From positions 107,880,001-107,944,000 of the forward strand of contig OX597816.1 in NCBI GenBank assembly GCA_951406725.2: a DNA stretch of 64,000 nucleotides, in the 5' to 3' direction. Positions 27,519-40,868 of this stretch are shown one piece after another (the first letter of the stretch is position 1; each line of letters starts with the position of its first letter). The notes under the pieces are model-generated. The model made no database searches, was not told the DNA's origin, and was given only the letters and a program-made list of their open reading frames with translations. Origin of the DNA: Octopus vulgaris (Eukaryota). Both the position numbers and the translations under genes were made by a program.

Positions 27519-27725
27519 GCACACACACACATATATATACACACATACATATGTATATGATATATAATATACATATAAATGTATGCATATATGTATGCAT
27601 GCATGCATGTATATATGTAAGACTGTCTGTATATATATGTATGTATGTCTGTCTGTGCGTATGTGTGTATGTATGTGTAGGTGTAGGTGTAAATATATAT
27701 ATATATATAAGTGCATATATATTTA
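27410..27725. repeat. Compound (TA)n-rich microsatellite
   Basis: Direct inspection. Confidence 0.9.
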
Positions 27726-27824
27726 TATACAAGGTGCCTCCTGATGATGGGACAAACAGCTAGGACTAGAAGAATCACATTCCTTAAGTAAAATGCATGA
27801 AAATTAAGATGTCTGGCTTTCAAC

Positions 27825-27922
27825 TAGGTGCCACGGTTTCGATTCCCAGCACAGGAAAGTACGCCTTTCTCGCGGCGGTACCCCAGCAGGCCGTAGTCTA
27901 GTAACTGGAACAAGTAAAAGAT
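27825..27922 (+). mobile_element. Short SINE fragment: B box plus family B tail
   Basis: GGTTTCGATTCCC followed by GGCGGTACCCCAGCAGGCCGTAGTC...ACTGGAACAAGTAAAAGA. Confidence 0.6.
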
Positions 27923-28688
27923 GAATTACAAATGTGAGCCATCATTATGAAAGCTACTTTGTTTTTCATAGCACTATAGAACGATAGTTCTTATTTATAA
28001 GAACTGTAAATAGTAAAGTTTCTGATGTGTGCATAAAGCTTGGTCAAGCTGGAGTTAAAAGCAAGAGTTGTAAGAAGCAACGTGTAATCAATATGTAATA
28101 TATTCGTATACAACCATATTTAATATGTTCGTGTACACATGGACGTTGGAAGGTAATTCCATATAAAAATAGATATTTTTCTAAATTGGTAATGAAAGGA
28201 TTACAATATTTTATGAGAGTCGTACTTTCAAAGGTTCGGATATCTTATCTTAGAACAACGATTATATACCAAAAATGAAAATTCATAACAGGCGTAACTA
28301 TTGTCGATGGAATTATGATATATAAATGGGAAAGTTAGAGCCGTAAAGTATGTTAAAAATCCATAAACATACATATAAACGTATATGAATGCATATATAT
28401 ATATACATATATACATATATATATATACGTCTGTATATATATATACATACAAACACACATACATATATACGTATAGAGAAAGAGAGAGAGAGAGAGTGAG
28501 TGAGTGAGATTGAGGATATAATTATAATTTGACTATCACCTCATTGGAACATCGTGCAAGAGAATGTCCAGCGTTGTATTTCAAAATCAAAAGAGGCTTC
28601 GTATGACTTGGATTGATGCTATAGGGAGCACAACATAACTCCGAGATAAGATCCAGTAGGCTTAGTATAAGCCCCGCAGAGCGAATAA

Positions 28689-28754
28689 TCTTATAATAAT
28701 TCTGTTTGTCATTAAGTTATTTAGCCCGTCGGTAACGGTTTCACGCGATTAAAG

Positions 28755-28793
<39 letters not shown>

Positions 28794-29192
28794 AGGATAA
28801 GGCGAAGAGTGGGTAGAAAAAAGAGAGAAAAAGAAAGGAGAGAAAAAGACGGAGAGAGAAGCGTCTACGCTTATTACATAGTTGAAGAAGTTAGTTGAAG
28901 GTAGTGATTTAGAGAAGAGATAGGAATATAATTTTATCAGCTGGGTGATGTTCTGATGGTGAGATTAAAGAAAAGCACAGAGAGAGAGAGAGAGGGGGGA
29001 AGAGATAGAGAGAAAGATATCATGGTGGTGCTGGTGGTGTCGATGCTGGTGGAGATGGCCATAGTGAGTGCATGGTGATAATATTTTTTAAAAAATTGGA
29101 ATGTGTATTAGCTCTGACCAATCGCCTTGGCTTAGAAGTTACCAACAATGTGGTTTTCAGAGTATGCCATGTTACATAAAATCTTTACCCCC
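28689..29192 (+). mobile_element. Helitron-like repeat, copy 2 (3' truncated)
   Basis: Colinear with 15321-15872 (TCTTATAATAATTCTG...AAATCTTTACCCCC). Confidence 0.7.
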
Positions 29193-29241
29193 ATGTGAGT
29201 GCGTGTGTGTGTGTGTGTATGTGTGTAGAAGGCTGGTTTCG

Positions 29242-29256
29242 AGGTCACAATGACCT
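29242..29256. promoter_or_regulatory. Perfect IR3 nuclear-receptor palindrome AGGTCAcaaTGACCT (ERE consensus)
   Basis: Exact consensus match within a 10-bp-arm palindrome at 29238-29260; function not demonstrated. Confidence 0.3.
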
Positions 29257-29518
29257 CGAACCCACATGAGTAAGCAAGAGAGACAGAGACAGGCAGAAAC
29301 AAGGAAAATGCCCCTTGTATTTGAATACTATGCAAATATTCTTTCAAAAAACTTTTTAATTTTTCCCAAATTTAATTGTTTTCCATGCTTAAAGTTGAAG
29401 AAATCTCAATGACTGAAAGCGGTACTGAAATGTTTTTTATAAAATTATTTTAGCATTTTCTACCTTGATTTTTTTCCATATATATATCAACTCGTGTGTT
29501 CCTTTTCAAACTTCTACT

Positions 29519-29572
<54 letters not shown>

Positions 29573-29609
29573 TGTGTGTGAGTGTGTGTGTGTATTATGT
29601 ATGTATGCA

Positions 29610-29986
29610 GAGGCACAATGGCCCAGTGGTTAGGGCAGCGGACTTGTGGTCGTAGGATCACGGTTTTGATTCCCAGACCGGGAGTTGTAAGTCTTTATTG
29701 AGCGAAAGCACCTAAAGCTCAACGAGGCTCTGGCAGAGGGTAGTGGCGAAACCTGCTGTACCCTTTCACCACAACTTTCTCTCACTCTTTCTTTCTGTTT
29801 CTGTTGTATCTGTATTTCGAAGGGCCAGCCTTGTCACACTCTGTGTTACGCTGAATCTCCCCTAGAACTACGTTAAGTGTACACGTGTCTCTGGAGTGCT
29901 CAGCTACTTGCACGTTAATTTCACGAGCAGGCTGTTCAGTTGATCGGATCAACTGGAACCCTCGTCGTCGTAACCGACGGAATGTC
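29610..29986 (+). mobile_element. tRNA-headed SINE family C, full length
   Basis: TGGCCCAGTGGTTAGG A box, GGTTTTGATTCCC B box; reverse-complement homologue at 49737-50117. Confidence 0.9.
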
Positions 29987-29990
29987 ACGA

Positions 29991-30044
<54 letters not shown>

Positions 30045-30578
30045 TGTGTGTTTGTGTGTGTGTAGATAGATATATGTATGTATGTATATATGTGAGTATT
30101 TGTGTCTTTGTGTGCATGTATACATATATATATTTATACATATATATATATACATTTGTACGTATACATATATATGTATAAATATATAAATATGTGTACG
30201 CGTGTGTGTCTAACATTAAGGAATAGGAATTTGGAATCTGGGCAGTTACTTTATTAGTAGTCTTATTTAATCCAGGATCTGACTAACCATTTCGAATGAT
30301 AGGGAACACATAGAATCGATTGAAATAAGCAATTACACGGTAGTTCACTAAGTTTGCTTCAGTGGATTTTACACATCATAGTATATAATCAAGAGATCAT
30401 AAAGAGGAATGGAGAATTATCCATCTTTAAAATCTATTTATTATAGTATTCTTCTCATTAAATTTACATTAAAATTCTAATCTAATGTGAATTTAATGAG
30501 AATTTGAATGAGCTTTTGATAATGTACAATTTCCCATTTTTCTTTATGATATATGTATGTACATATATATTCGCATAG

Positions 30579-30621
<43 letters not shown>

Positions 30622-30663
30622 CATACATACATACATACATACATACATACATACATACATACA

Positions 30664-30721
<58 letters not shown>

Positions 30722-30729
30722 CATATGTG

Positions 30730-30885
30730 TGTGCGGCTTTGTGGTAAGGAGCTTCCTTCCCAACCACATAGATCCAGGTTCAGGCTCACTGCGTGGCACT
30801 TTGTACAAGTGTCTTCAACTGTAACCTCGAGCCGACCAAAACCTTGTGAGTGGATTGGTAGACGGAAACTGAAGGAAACCAGTCA
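30730..30885 (+). mobile_element. SINE family B 5' half
   Basis: GTGGTAAGGAGCTTCCTTCCCAACCAC head; CCTTGTGAGTGGATTGGTAGACGGAAACTGAA body. Confidence 0.85.
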
Positions 30886-31433
30886 TATACCTACACATAT
30901 GTGTGTGTATGTGTGTGTACGTGTGTGTGTAGTTAGTTGGTTGTTTATTTGTTACATATTATAAAGTGTTACGATGGGAATGAGATATTTGGTAAAATAG
31001 AACAGGTTAAAAATTTCATCTTTAAAATTCAGTGGATAAAAATAGCACTAAGTAGATACTGGAACGTGATGGGACACGTTCTTGTTTGTCTCCTGTCCTA
31101 GCTTGACTTGCGCGTTCGCCACCACAGCCTCATTTAGGCTTAGCAAAACCCTTCCTGTTTGTTTTCACTCACTGTCCTGTTTGTATTACCTATTTTGACC
31201 CTACGCAAAATCTCAAATTTATTTAATTTGCTTTGCGGGAGCAACTGTTTTAGCGAAAGCGTATATTGTTAAATGCTCGAAATGCGAGAGTAGAAAAACA
31301 GCCAACAACTGATGAAGGGTCGTTCTTTATGTTGTTTGTCTTGTTTTACATTTTTCGTTGTTCGGAAAAATAGTTCACATTCCATGTACTCGTACTGCGT
31401 ATTTTTTTCGTCCTGTGCCCACATGTGCATGCA

Positions 31434-31480
<47 letters not shown>

Positions 31481-31663
31481 GTATTATAGATGTAAGTATA
31501 TACATATACTTTTGAATATATATATATATATTACATATATATATATATATACACATATGTATATACATATATATATATATATGAAATACGAACACAGACA
31601 TACGTACATACATACATATATATACATATACATATATATATATATATATACACAAATTCATGC

Positions 31664-31696
<33 letters not shown>

Positions 31697-32364
31697 CATA
31701 CATATATATATATATATATATGAATACGAACACAGACATACATACATACATATATATATATACATATACATATATATACACAAATTCATGCATATATATA
31801 TACATATAATCCTCCTATGAATATATGTATATTTACATACACACTCATATATAAGAATGTGTTGGTATGTGTGCGAGGGCGTGTCATATGCGTCAAATCA
31901 CATAAACTAATGAAGTGGTGAATTCACATACGCACATTGCCGTATATATGTATAGCTGGTTGTTAATTTTATACTGCAGCTATTGCTTCATGTGATAGAT
32001 AAGAGTTGATGGTTGTGTCTCTAATACATAATTTGAACATGCTTCAATTTCCTTTACATCCATTTTAACGACTGAAATTTATCGATTTTATTTTACTGAA
32101 ATTAAAATTCATTTTAAACAATAACTACAGTAATAAAAACACATGAGTAGCCTGTAGTATTGAAACGAACACTATCCTATCACATTATGTGATATGCAGC
32201 TTTGGAGATGAAAAAAGAACGAGAAAAATGCCTCAAACTTTTTTTATAAATATTGTATTCCATTTCCATTTTTCAATCATCACAATATTCAATCAATTGA
32301 AAAATTTAATTAACAAGTTTTTCAATTGAACGTGATTTTCAAGAATTCTAACTTCTGCTGATGG

Positions 32365-32392
<28 letters not shown>

Positions 32393-32395
<3 letters not shown>

Positions 32396-32578
32396 GTGTG
32401 TGTGTGTGTGTGTGTGTTTTTTTGTGTGTGTGTTTTGTTGTGTGTGTTTTTTGTGTGTGTGTGTGTTTTTTGTGTGTGTGTGTGTTTTTTGTGTGTGTGT
32501 GTGTGTTTTTTGTGTGTGTGTGTGTGTTTTTTGTGTGTGTGTGTGTGTGTTTTGTGTGTGTGTGTGTGTTTTTTTGTG

Positions 32579-32660
<82 letters not shown>
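32393..32660. repeat. (GT)n/T-run compound repeat plus (TA)n
   Basis: Direct inspection. Confidence 0.9.
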
Positions 32661-32664
<4 letters not shown>

Positions 32665-32884
32665 AACGTTCCTAACAGAATTTAGATATTTGTGAAAGAA
32701 AAAGTTATTGTTCCTAAACCTGTCTTTATTAAGTATATTGTATATACATTTGGACTGTCATATTAAATACAGTTCTTGTAGATTAATTTTTCTCATAGAA
32801 AAATTACAACGGTCCATCTGCTGACCACCGATTATTCGTGTTGTATAGAAAATTTTCACAAATAGCTGATTAGGTTTATGGAGT

Positions 32885-33230
32885 TTCCTCTAATTTCTCT
32901 TTAAGTCTCCTATCCCACCATACAATAAATAGGTTAGTCACATCGCCAGCGATACATACACCGATGGCTGCACCTTCCTCTTGGGCGTATATTTTGTTAT
33001 TGAACTTAAATATATGGCATTGAGTATGGTCTTGGTAATTGCATCCATGTGCGTCTATCTTTTTAACCTTATCATTATTTTCGGGGTTCCATATAACTCT
33101 GGTCCACCCGTTCCATCTCTCATTAGGTTTCTTCTTGGCCAGAGAATTTACAGTAGGTCACATCTTATCAACCTATTGGGGCAGAAACAACTAAGGTTAT
33201 GTTAATCTAAGTAATCATTACCGCATGTCA
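32885..33230 (-). pseudogene. Penelope-like element RT fragment (lineage 1)
   Basis: Minus-strand translation of 33016-32885 gives HIFKFNNKIYAQEEGAAIGVCIAGDVTNLFIVWWDRRLKEKLEE, the PLE RT motif B region (YxQxxGxxIG...WWD). Confidence 0.85.
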
Positions 33231-33396
33231 GTCTCAGAAGGAGGCCTAGTTCTTATGTGTCAACACTACGAAACTCCACATCACTCTCGCTGATCACCAC
33301 ACATTTCTCCACAGCAAAATCGGCATCAATCGATGGGTATAGGGATACTACGTCCATACTACCATACTGCTGGCAAAAAGATGATCATCCCGAAAT

Positions 33397-33436
<40 letters not shown>

Positions 33437-33834
33437 GCATACCTAAAACACGTAAATACTTGTATATATATATGTGTTTACACGTTGTGTGCAGTTGCAT
33501 GTCTCTGAGCATGTACCGTTCTTAATGTCTTTCATTACATCAAGTTTACGTTTAAAAAGATAAATAGTGTGTGTCTCTATGCTTCATAGCCTTGCCGTGT
33601 GATAAATTGATCCGATACAATAAGTACCTGATTCAAAATAAAATCTGAGATTGATCTAGTCGATTAAAATTCTTCAAGGCGCCGATCATCCTAACTCCAG
33701 ATTAACGTCTGAAGGAAAAAACCCAGAGAGTATATATATATATATATATATATACGTATGCATATACATACATGTATGCATAAATACATATATGCATGCA
33801 TGCATGCATATGTACGTGTCTGTTTGTCTGTCTG

Positions 33835-34738
33835 TAGGTGTCAAAACGTTCCCGGAGTAGTTCTTTAGTGGGCCTACAGATAGCAGCACACGGTTGTGTG
33901 CGCTGTGAGAGTTAGAAGTAACCTTCATGAGGCAGTGTGCGTAGTGACATTGCTGTGTTTACGTTGCAAATTTATGTTTTTGTGATCACGTGTAATGCTG
34001 TAGTTTGCGATTTTTGTCATGGACAGCAAGATAGAACAAAGAGCGAACGTAATATTTTGCGTTAAACTTGAGAAGTATGCTATAGAGACATTGAGCATGC
34101 TTCGGCAAGCTTACGGCGACGAGGCAATGGATCGTACACAATGTTTTGAGTGGCACGGGCGCTTCAAAGGGCACGACAGAGCTGCAACACAAGCAAGAGC
34201 CTACTCATAGTTTTTTACGACATCCGCGGTATTGTGCATCGAGAATTCTAGCCCAGGGGCAGATAATGAATCAGGAGTTCTACTGCGACGTTTTGAAGCG
34301 TTTGAGGCGAAAGTGACCGGATGTGTTGAGCGTGAAGAATAGGATTCTTCACGACGACAACGCCCCCTGTTACCGAACTCTCCTCACTTGTGAGTTTCTC
34401 GCCCAAAACAACATGGTGTTGTTTCCGTAGCCACTTTATTCGCCAGATTTAACACCTGCAGACTTCCAGCTCTTCCCCTAAGATGAAAAAGCAGTTCAAA
34501 GGTTGCTGTTTTAACACCATTGTTGAGATCAAGAGCGAATCGCAGAAGGTCCTCCACTTGCTTACGGAAAACCAGACCGGATTCTAAAATTAGTAGGAAA
34601 ATCCAGACCAGATTTCCAAAAGTGATAGGAACGGTGGGACCAGTGTATTGCTGCGCAAGGCGACTATTTCGAAAGAGACTTAGGTAAACAATTTTTTTTT
34701 ATTAAACATAACTAGCCTGAGAACGTTTTGATATCGTA
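33835..34738 (+). mobile_element. Mariner DNA transposon, internally deleted, pseudogenised transposase
   Basis: TIR-like ends TCAAAACGTTCCCGGAGTAGT / ACTAGCCTGAGAACGTTTTGA; MDSKIEQRANVIFCVKL...FEWHGRFK HTH, GIVHREF, LHDDNAP, YSPDLTPADFQLFP, RWDQCIAAQGDYFE. Confidence 0.93.
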
Positions 34739-35650
34739 TATAAATATATATATGTGTGTGTGTGTATGTGTGTGTATGTATGTATGTGTGTGTGTGTGTA
34801 TGTGCGTGTTTGAGTGTATGTATGCACATCTATGTATCTTGCATGCATGACAATTTTAGTTGGACGTGACGTTTTAGAACTGTAGAATGTTAACTGTTCT
34901 TATTGTATATTCTTTAAGTGCTTTAACTTAACATTGTATATTCTTTAACTGTTCTCATTGTATATTATTTAAGTGCTTATTGTCTGCTGCAATAACGAAA
35001 CATTTTTAGCCTCAATGTCTAAATTATATACAATAAGTTGGTAACTTGTTTCTATGTGATTCTTCATTGCTAATATAACATATGTTTCGTTGGTTTAATG
35101 TTGAAACGCTGCCCTGGGTAATATTTGTATATAGCTTTCTGGGAAATACAAGCTATACTTATCACCAATGCAACAATTTTCACACTCGGATGTGGTAAGG
35201 GAGATAATGATCCACCAGTGAAAATGATAGTGTTGGTGCTTACTTTAAACATTAGTTACGGAGGGACAAAAAAGTAATTCACGAAGGATACACGTTATTG
35301 TTTCTTCGGTTTGTGTAAAATATCCATTACAAGGTCTGGGTAATGACAAATAGTTTACAAGGAAATATAAAAAGTAATTTAGCTAAAGTTGTTCCTCACC
35401 AGATCCGAACTGTGACCCGCCGGTCATATACTCTGAATGAGAAAGTACTTTTCCTGTACAGAAAATAGGCACCTTTTCAATGATAAAGTATCAATTGAGT
35501 AATAAAAAAAAAATGAATGAATCCTTAAAAGATCTGTTTATAATTCTATGGTTAACATAATAATTGCCACGAGAGATCGTACGTGATAGCATTTGTTGAA
35601 AAGTTTGACTGTGTTGTTCATTCTCTCTCTGTTTTTTTTTTCTCTTATTT

Positions 35651-35775
35651 CTTTCTGTTGAAGAGTATCAGCTCAAAGCGTACAAGACTTTTACATTTTC
35701 CCCGAGTGTCAAACTAATACACTTGCTGTTCATACGCCAGTCTTCGTCTTTTTGTTTTTCTATAAATTTCAACTA
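35651..35775 (+). mobile_element. Degenerate copy of the PLE-terminus-like repeat at 50171-50412
   Basis: CTTTCTGTTGAAGAGTATCAGCTCAAAGCGTACAAGACTTT...GTCTTCGTCTTTT. Confidence 0.65.
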
Positions 35776-35872
35776 GATATATATATATATATCAATAATA
35801 GAGTGATTGTTTCTTGTCAGGAACAAAAAGATTAATAGGACTGCTATAGAAGTGCTCTATTGAAAGAGACAA

Positions 35873-36065
35873 ATATATCAAACTAAGGTTAAAGAACAAA
35901 CAAATTCAAGGTCATCCGCATAACATTTCATAATTCGAGCATTTAATCATAGAATATACATTTGCGGGATGTTTAAATGTATATTCTATGATTAAATGCT
36001 CGAATTATGAAATGTTATGTGGATGACCTCGCATTTGTTTGTTCTTTAACCTTAGTTTGATATAT
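35873..36065. repeat. Fold-back inverted repeat, about 91-bp arms, 11-nt loop
   Basis: 35873-35963 is the reverse complement of 35975-36065 apart from a few mismatches. Confidence 0.95.
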
Positions 36066-36093
36066 ATATATATATATATACATATATACATAT

Positions 36094-36124
<31 letters not shown>

Positions 36125-36135
36125 CATATATACAT

Positions 36136-36216
<81 letters not shown>

Positions 36217-36899
36217 CATATATACATATATATATAGAACAAACTTACTTAGAAATGGATGCGTGCGTTCTGTCGTACAAAAACAAATTAATAAATAAAA
36301 CATATGCATATATACATATATGTACGTACCTATATCTACATGTATATATATATGCATATATGGGTACAGGACACCAAAACAAAAACGTCGAACACAATGA
36401 GAAACGAAAACATAAACACAAAACCAAGGAAATGGACATTTTTCTTAAACACCGAAAAAATAGAGTACAGGACATAGAACACAAGGAAAATTCCCCTTCT
36501 TCAGTCGCCTTAATTTCATCTACTCCGCGTTTTGATACTCACAACGCAAAAAATCAAATATCTCTCAATGCACCCATGTGTTTATAATACAGAGAGAAAG
36601 AAAGAGAGAGAGAGTACTCGATATGGGAATGGGTCTTTTACAAATGTTTTAAGTTCCAAACGTAACCGATACACATGCATTGGTAGAAGAATATGTGCGA
36701 ATACAGAAACGAATCTTGAATCCAATTTTATACAAAGAATAACATCCTCATACCATTTCAAGAGATTGTAAGAAGGGGAGAGAGAGAGAAAGAGAGATAC
36801 TGTGAAAAATCATAATTTTGAGTAATTAGATTACTGTTCACAAGTTTGGTCTTCAAAATCATCTGGTTTCATAGTAGGAATTGAAATATTACGAAGAAA

Positions 36900-37300
36900 A
36901 TTCACCAGTAAAATAACATTGGTTAAAAACCTTAATTACTGGGAACACATGAAAGTTCTGCCTCTCTACTCGCTTGAACGTCGAAGAGTTCTCTATACGT
37001 CTGGTAAATCTTGGAGAAGCATATCCAAATTTCGGCTTTAGAGAGAATTTTAATGCACGAAGTTTTAGACACTGACAGCCTCCAAATATATTATCTTCGA
37101 AATTACTAGCAAAAATACATTATTTTACCAGTCTGATGTTTAGAAGGCCTTCATTGTTCAAATGCCTCCCTAAATAAATCAGAAATATTTAATAGACCCT
37201 ACTGATCATTAAAAAACCTATTTGGATAAACTCCTAACGATGATACCGGACCGGCCATTCAAGGAAGTTCAGCAGCTACAAACTCAGACCATCTTTCAGC
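36900..37300 (+). mobile_element. CR1-clade LINE 3' fragment
   Basis: YWEHMKVLPLYSLERRR, PNFG, LFKCLPK*IRN and LDKLLTMIPDRP resemble the CR1 ORF2 C-terminus. Confidence 0.8.
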
Positions 37301-38856
37301 CATAAAGCGTCAACAAAACTGAAAGAAATAATTCGAAAATTATTTCAGTTCTGCATGGTCTACATCCTTCAAGAAACTTCAGTTTTTATGTCAAATATCG
37401 TGTTGCGTTCTTTCAAAGTCCAAACATAACTGGAAATTATTGGTATATTCTAATTGTCTTTGCCACGGAAAGAATAACTATGGATGAAATATGTTCAACT
37501 CTACTCTGTACCATATCGGCATGTTTGTGGTCAGTAGCTAGATTTGAATTCGTCGATGAGACCTCTGTCTTGTAGATACTGTTTCAGTCTTTCATGCCTG
37601 GTTCAGAGCCGTTTCATTTTGCATGTGAAGATTTCTTGAAGTGTATCACTTTCTGATTGCATTATATATAGATATACATAAACGAATAAAGTTCTTTACA
37701 ATAAGGCTTGGTGTGACTATATATATATCAACATATTTTCTTTTCTGTGTGTAGCAGATGGTTAGCGATATATTAAACCCTATCTTGATAAACGTTGGTT
37801 ACAAGTCACTTATTTCAATTAGTTGCTTTGTGAAGATTTCTTTATTTTAATATTGGTTAGAAACTATTTGGACATTAGAAAACTATGAGTATGTGTGTTC
37901 ATTGTGTATCGCAGTAGATTTTATTAATGTGTAAACGTAATCTTCGTTAGGACCACCATGTGGATCACATATGTAGGTAACCACGAGCAGAATATAATCT
38001 AAAAATACCATACTTAAGTTACGGGTAACAATTATTTAGGGGCTGAAATTATTACATGTTTGGTTAAATATTTACTACATTTTTGTAACGTACGTCATCG
38101 GAATAATGTGGTAAGATTAATATGTTATCTTTATACTGGGCTACATCCATGATCTTCGATTAAGTTTGTTTGTATAGGACATCAATATCAACGAGTTAGC
38201 ATCTTTCTGACGAGGCCGAATGAACAGCTTGAGTAAAAGCTCATTGAAAATATATACTAGGATTTTGTTGAAAAATCAGAGATTTGAGAGAGATGTGATA
38301 AGAGTATCATTGTCGTCTTTTGTATATTTAGCTAATTTCAGAGTGATATAGGATAACATTTTCGAGATAGAAAGTATTCGAAACAGTCAACTTAGTAGAT
38401 TCACAATAACATTTTATTATTAATATACTTCAGTACATATAGTGCTACAGTATGAAGACTCAACGGTATAAAAAATAATATAATATACACTTAGCTAAAT
38501 AAGAAAAACATTTCGAGGCATACATATTGAAATAAAATTAAGTTATAAAGCGCTGAACCGTGTTCATTGTGTACCCCAGTAGATTTTATGCTTGAAGAGT
38601 CATTTTTGTTGCATTGTGATAAATCATTATATTACATTAATGCTGAACATGTAGATATTTAGCACTATATTTATTGAGCCATCGTGGAGAGATGTCAACA
38701 TAACATTTGTCAGAATGTTTAAGGTAATCAGAGGTTTGGCGTCATCGAACGAAAATATTATCATCGAATTTGCTTCTCTCAAATCAGGTAGGTCATCAAT
38801 TTTGCAGACACACATTCAATGCCTCAATATACCTAAATATATATATATATATACAT

Positions 38857-38887
<31 letters not shown>

Positions 38888-38921
38888 AAGAGAGAAAGAG
38901 AGAGAGAGAGGGAGAGAGATG

Positions 38922-38990
<69 letters not shown>

Positions 38991-39109
38991 TAGCGTATGT
39001 GTGTGTCTGCTTGCGATGGTATGTGTGTATGGTGGTAACTGTGTGTGTGTGTGAGGTCAGTGTGCGTAGTTTGTGTGTATGTGTGTGTGTGTGGCAACAT
39101 GAGTGTGCG

Positions 39110-40020
39110 TGTGTTAAAGTCGCTCCGAGTAGTCAGCAGCTATATTGACAGGTGCGTGAATGGGGGGATGTGACAGTGTGCATGTGTGTTTGGAAGGGTC
39201 AATAGGGAATCAGAGGCAGAGGCAGTCTGAAGAGGGTGTGAGAATGGGTGGGTATGGTCGTGTGTGTGTGTGTGCGTGTGTATATGTTCGCATGTGTGCG
39301 TAGACGGAGTGGGTATGTGTATGTGAGTGTGTGTGCGTGTGTCTCTCTCTCAGTCACTCTCTCTCTCTATGAATCAGTAGGTCACGTAGGTGTAGGGGTG
39401 CGTTTGAAGGAGGGTAAGGGTGGCTTGGGGAAAATAGGGTGGGTGGTGGTGTCTAGCTGGAAGTGACGGAATGCCTTCCAACGTAGGGGTTTTATGGATG
39501 GGTGGCAAAGGAGGGAAAGGGGAGGGGGTCGCTGTAGGGAAGGAGAGAGGGCGATAGTGCGATCGATTTGACGAGCGCAGGCAAGGGCAGTTTGGACAAG
39601 GTTAGAAGGATATCCGCAACGCATGAACAAGAGAACCAGGTATTGGGATTGGGTATCAAAATTCTGGTCCCGGCTGCACAGGCATCAGAAGCAGAGGAAC
39701 TGGGAGTAGGGGATGGCCCGTTTAGCGTGGGAGGAATGGGAGGAGGAAAAGTTGAGGAAGAGGTGGGAGTCCGTGGATTTAAAGAAGGCAGAGGTGGTGA
39801 GAGAGTGGGTGAGGGGATCGATGAAGAGAGAGAGAGAGAGAGAGAGAGAGAAAGTTTACGGAAGGATCAGAAATGGTAGAAGTGAATTCGAGAGAAGATT
39901 GGAAGTGAGAAATGAAAGAGATGAAATTGGAGAGCTGTTCGCGGGAGAGGGTGGTAGCACCTATACAGTCGTCTATATAGCGACTGTATAGCTCAAAGAG
40001 AGATAGCTAGAGTTGCTAGT
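39110..40020 (-). pseudogene. Penelope-like element RT/thumb fragment (lineage 2)
   Basis: ELYSRYIDDCIGATTLSREQL (RT motif C), FKSTDSHLFLNFSSSHSSHAKRAIPYSQFL, GYPSNLVQTALACARQIDR, IFPKPPLPSFKR; stops and a microsatellite expansion interrupt the frame. Confidence 0.93.
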
Positions 40021-40868
40021 TTTTTTTTTAATAGCAAGGGAGAGAGCTGTATAGAGCGTTGCAGGCATTGAGGAGGAAAGTTGGAAAGAAAACGGGAGAG
40101 AAGAGAGAGAAGATGCTGGATGAAAGAATGAAATTCAGGCATGATGAGATGTATGTGTAAGGGTAGGTGTCGGTGATGGTGAGTAGGAGTAAAAAGGAAG
40201 GGGAATGGAAGGAGACTGACGTAAAGTGAAGGGAAGAGAAGTGAGGAGGAAGGGTTACGGACAAATTATAATGATTCACAATCAAAAGTGCAGAAATGGG
40301 AATCTTATTTTAATAGATGCACAAGTACATAGCTATGTTTATGCATGTATGTTTCTTTAAATGTGTGAGCATTAATGTGTTGTATGTATGCATGTATTTG
40401 TGTCCATTTGTATGCGCTTGTTCAACTTTGTATAGATGTTTATATGTGGTTATCAATGAGTACGTCTGTAAATATCCGTGAGTACGAATGAAACAGAAAA
40501 TGGACATCGCATATTAATATAAGAAAGGCTTATCTGAAACTACTGTTTTGCTTTTATTTGTTTTCCATCTTTTCATTTCTCCTTTCATGCTCTTTCTCTC
40601 CGTTTCATCTTAAATTGTTTCCAGTAAACAAACAAGGGGACATTAACTAAGAAACAAGGCCCTATCATCCTTATCTCACTTACAATAAGATTGTAGAATC
40701 ACATACAGCCTTCCGGGAAATATCTTGGTCACACTGATTGGATTCGTAAAACATAAGACCTTATATAAGCATGCGTTGCTTTCGTATGTTTGTATATATG
40801 TATGTATATATGTATGCATGTTTGTACATTTACATAAATGTATGAATTTATGTATGTATTAATATATA

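Noticed and set aside
29610-29685. tRNA genes at SINE heads (also 10687, 50040-50117, 54710, 62140-62212)
   Set aside because: A/B boxes run straight into repeat bodies; no convincing complete cloverleaf
31581-31805. About 140-bp tandem duplication inside a microsatellite (also small duplications at 2270/3920 and 15788-15825)
   Set aside because: Ordinary slippage or local duplication with no further structure
38207-38245. CTGACGAGGCCGAA resembling a hammerhead core
   Set aside because: No closing stem II strand or GAAA box, no stem I
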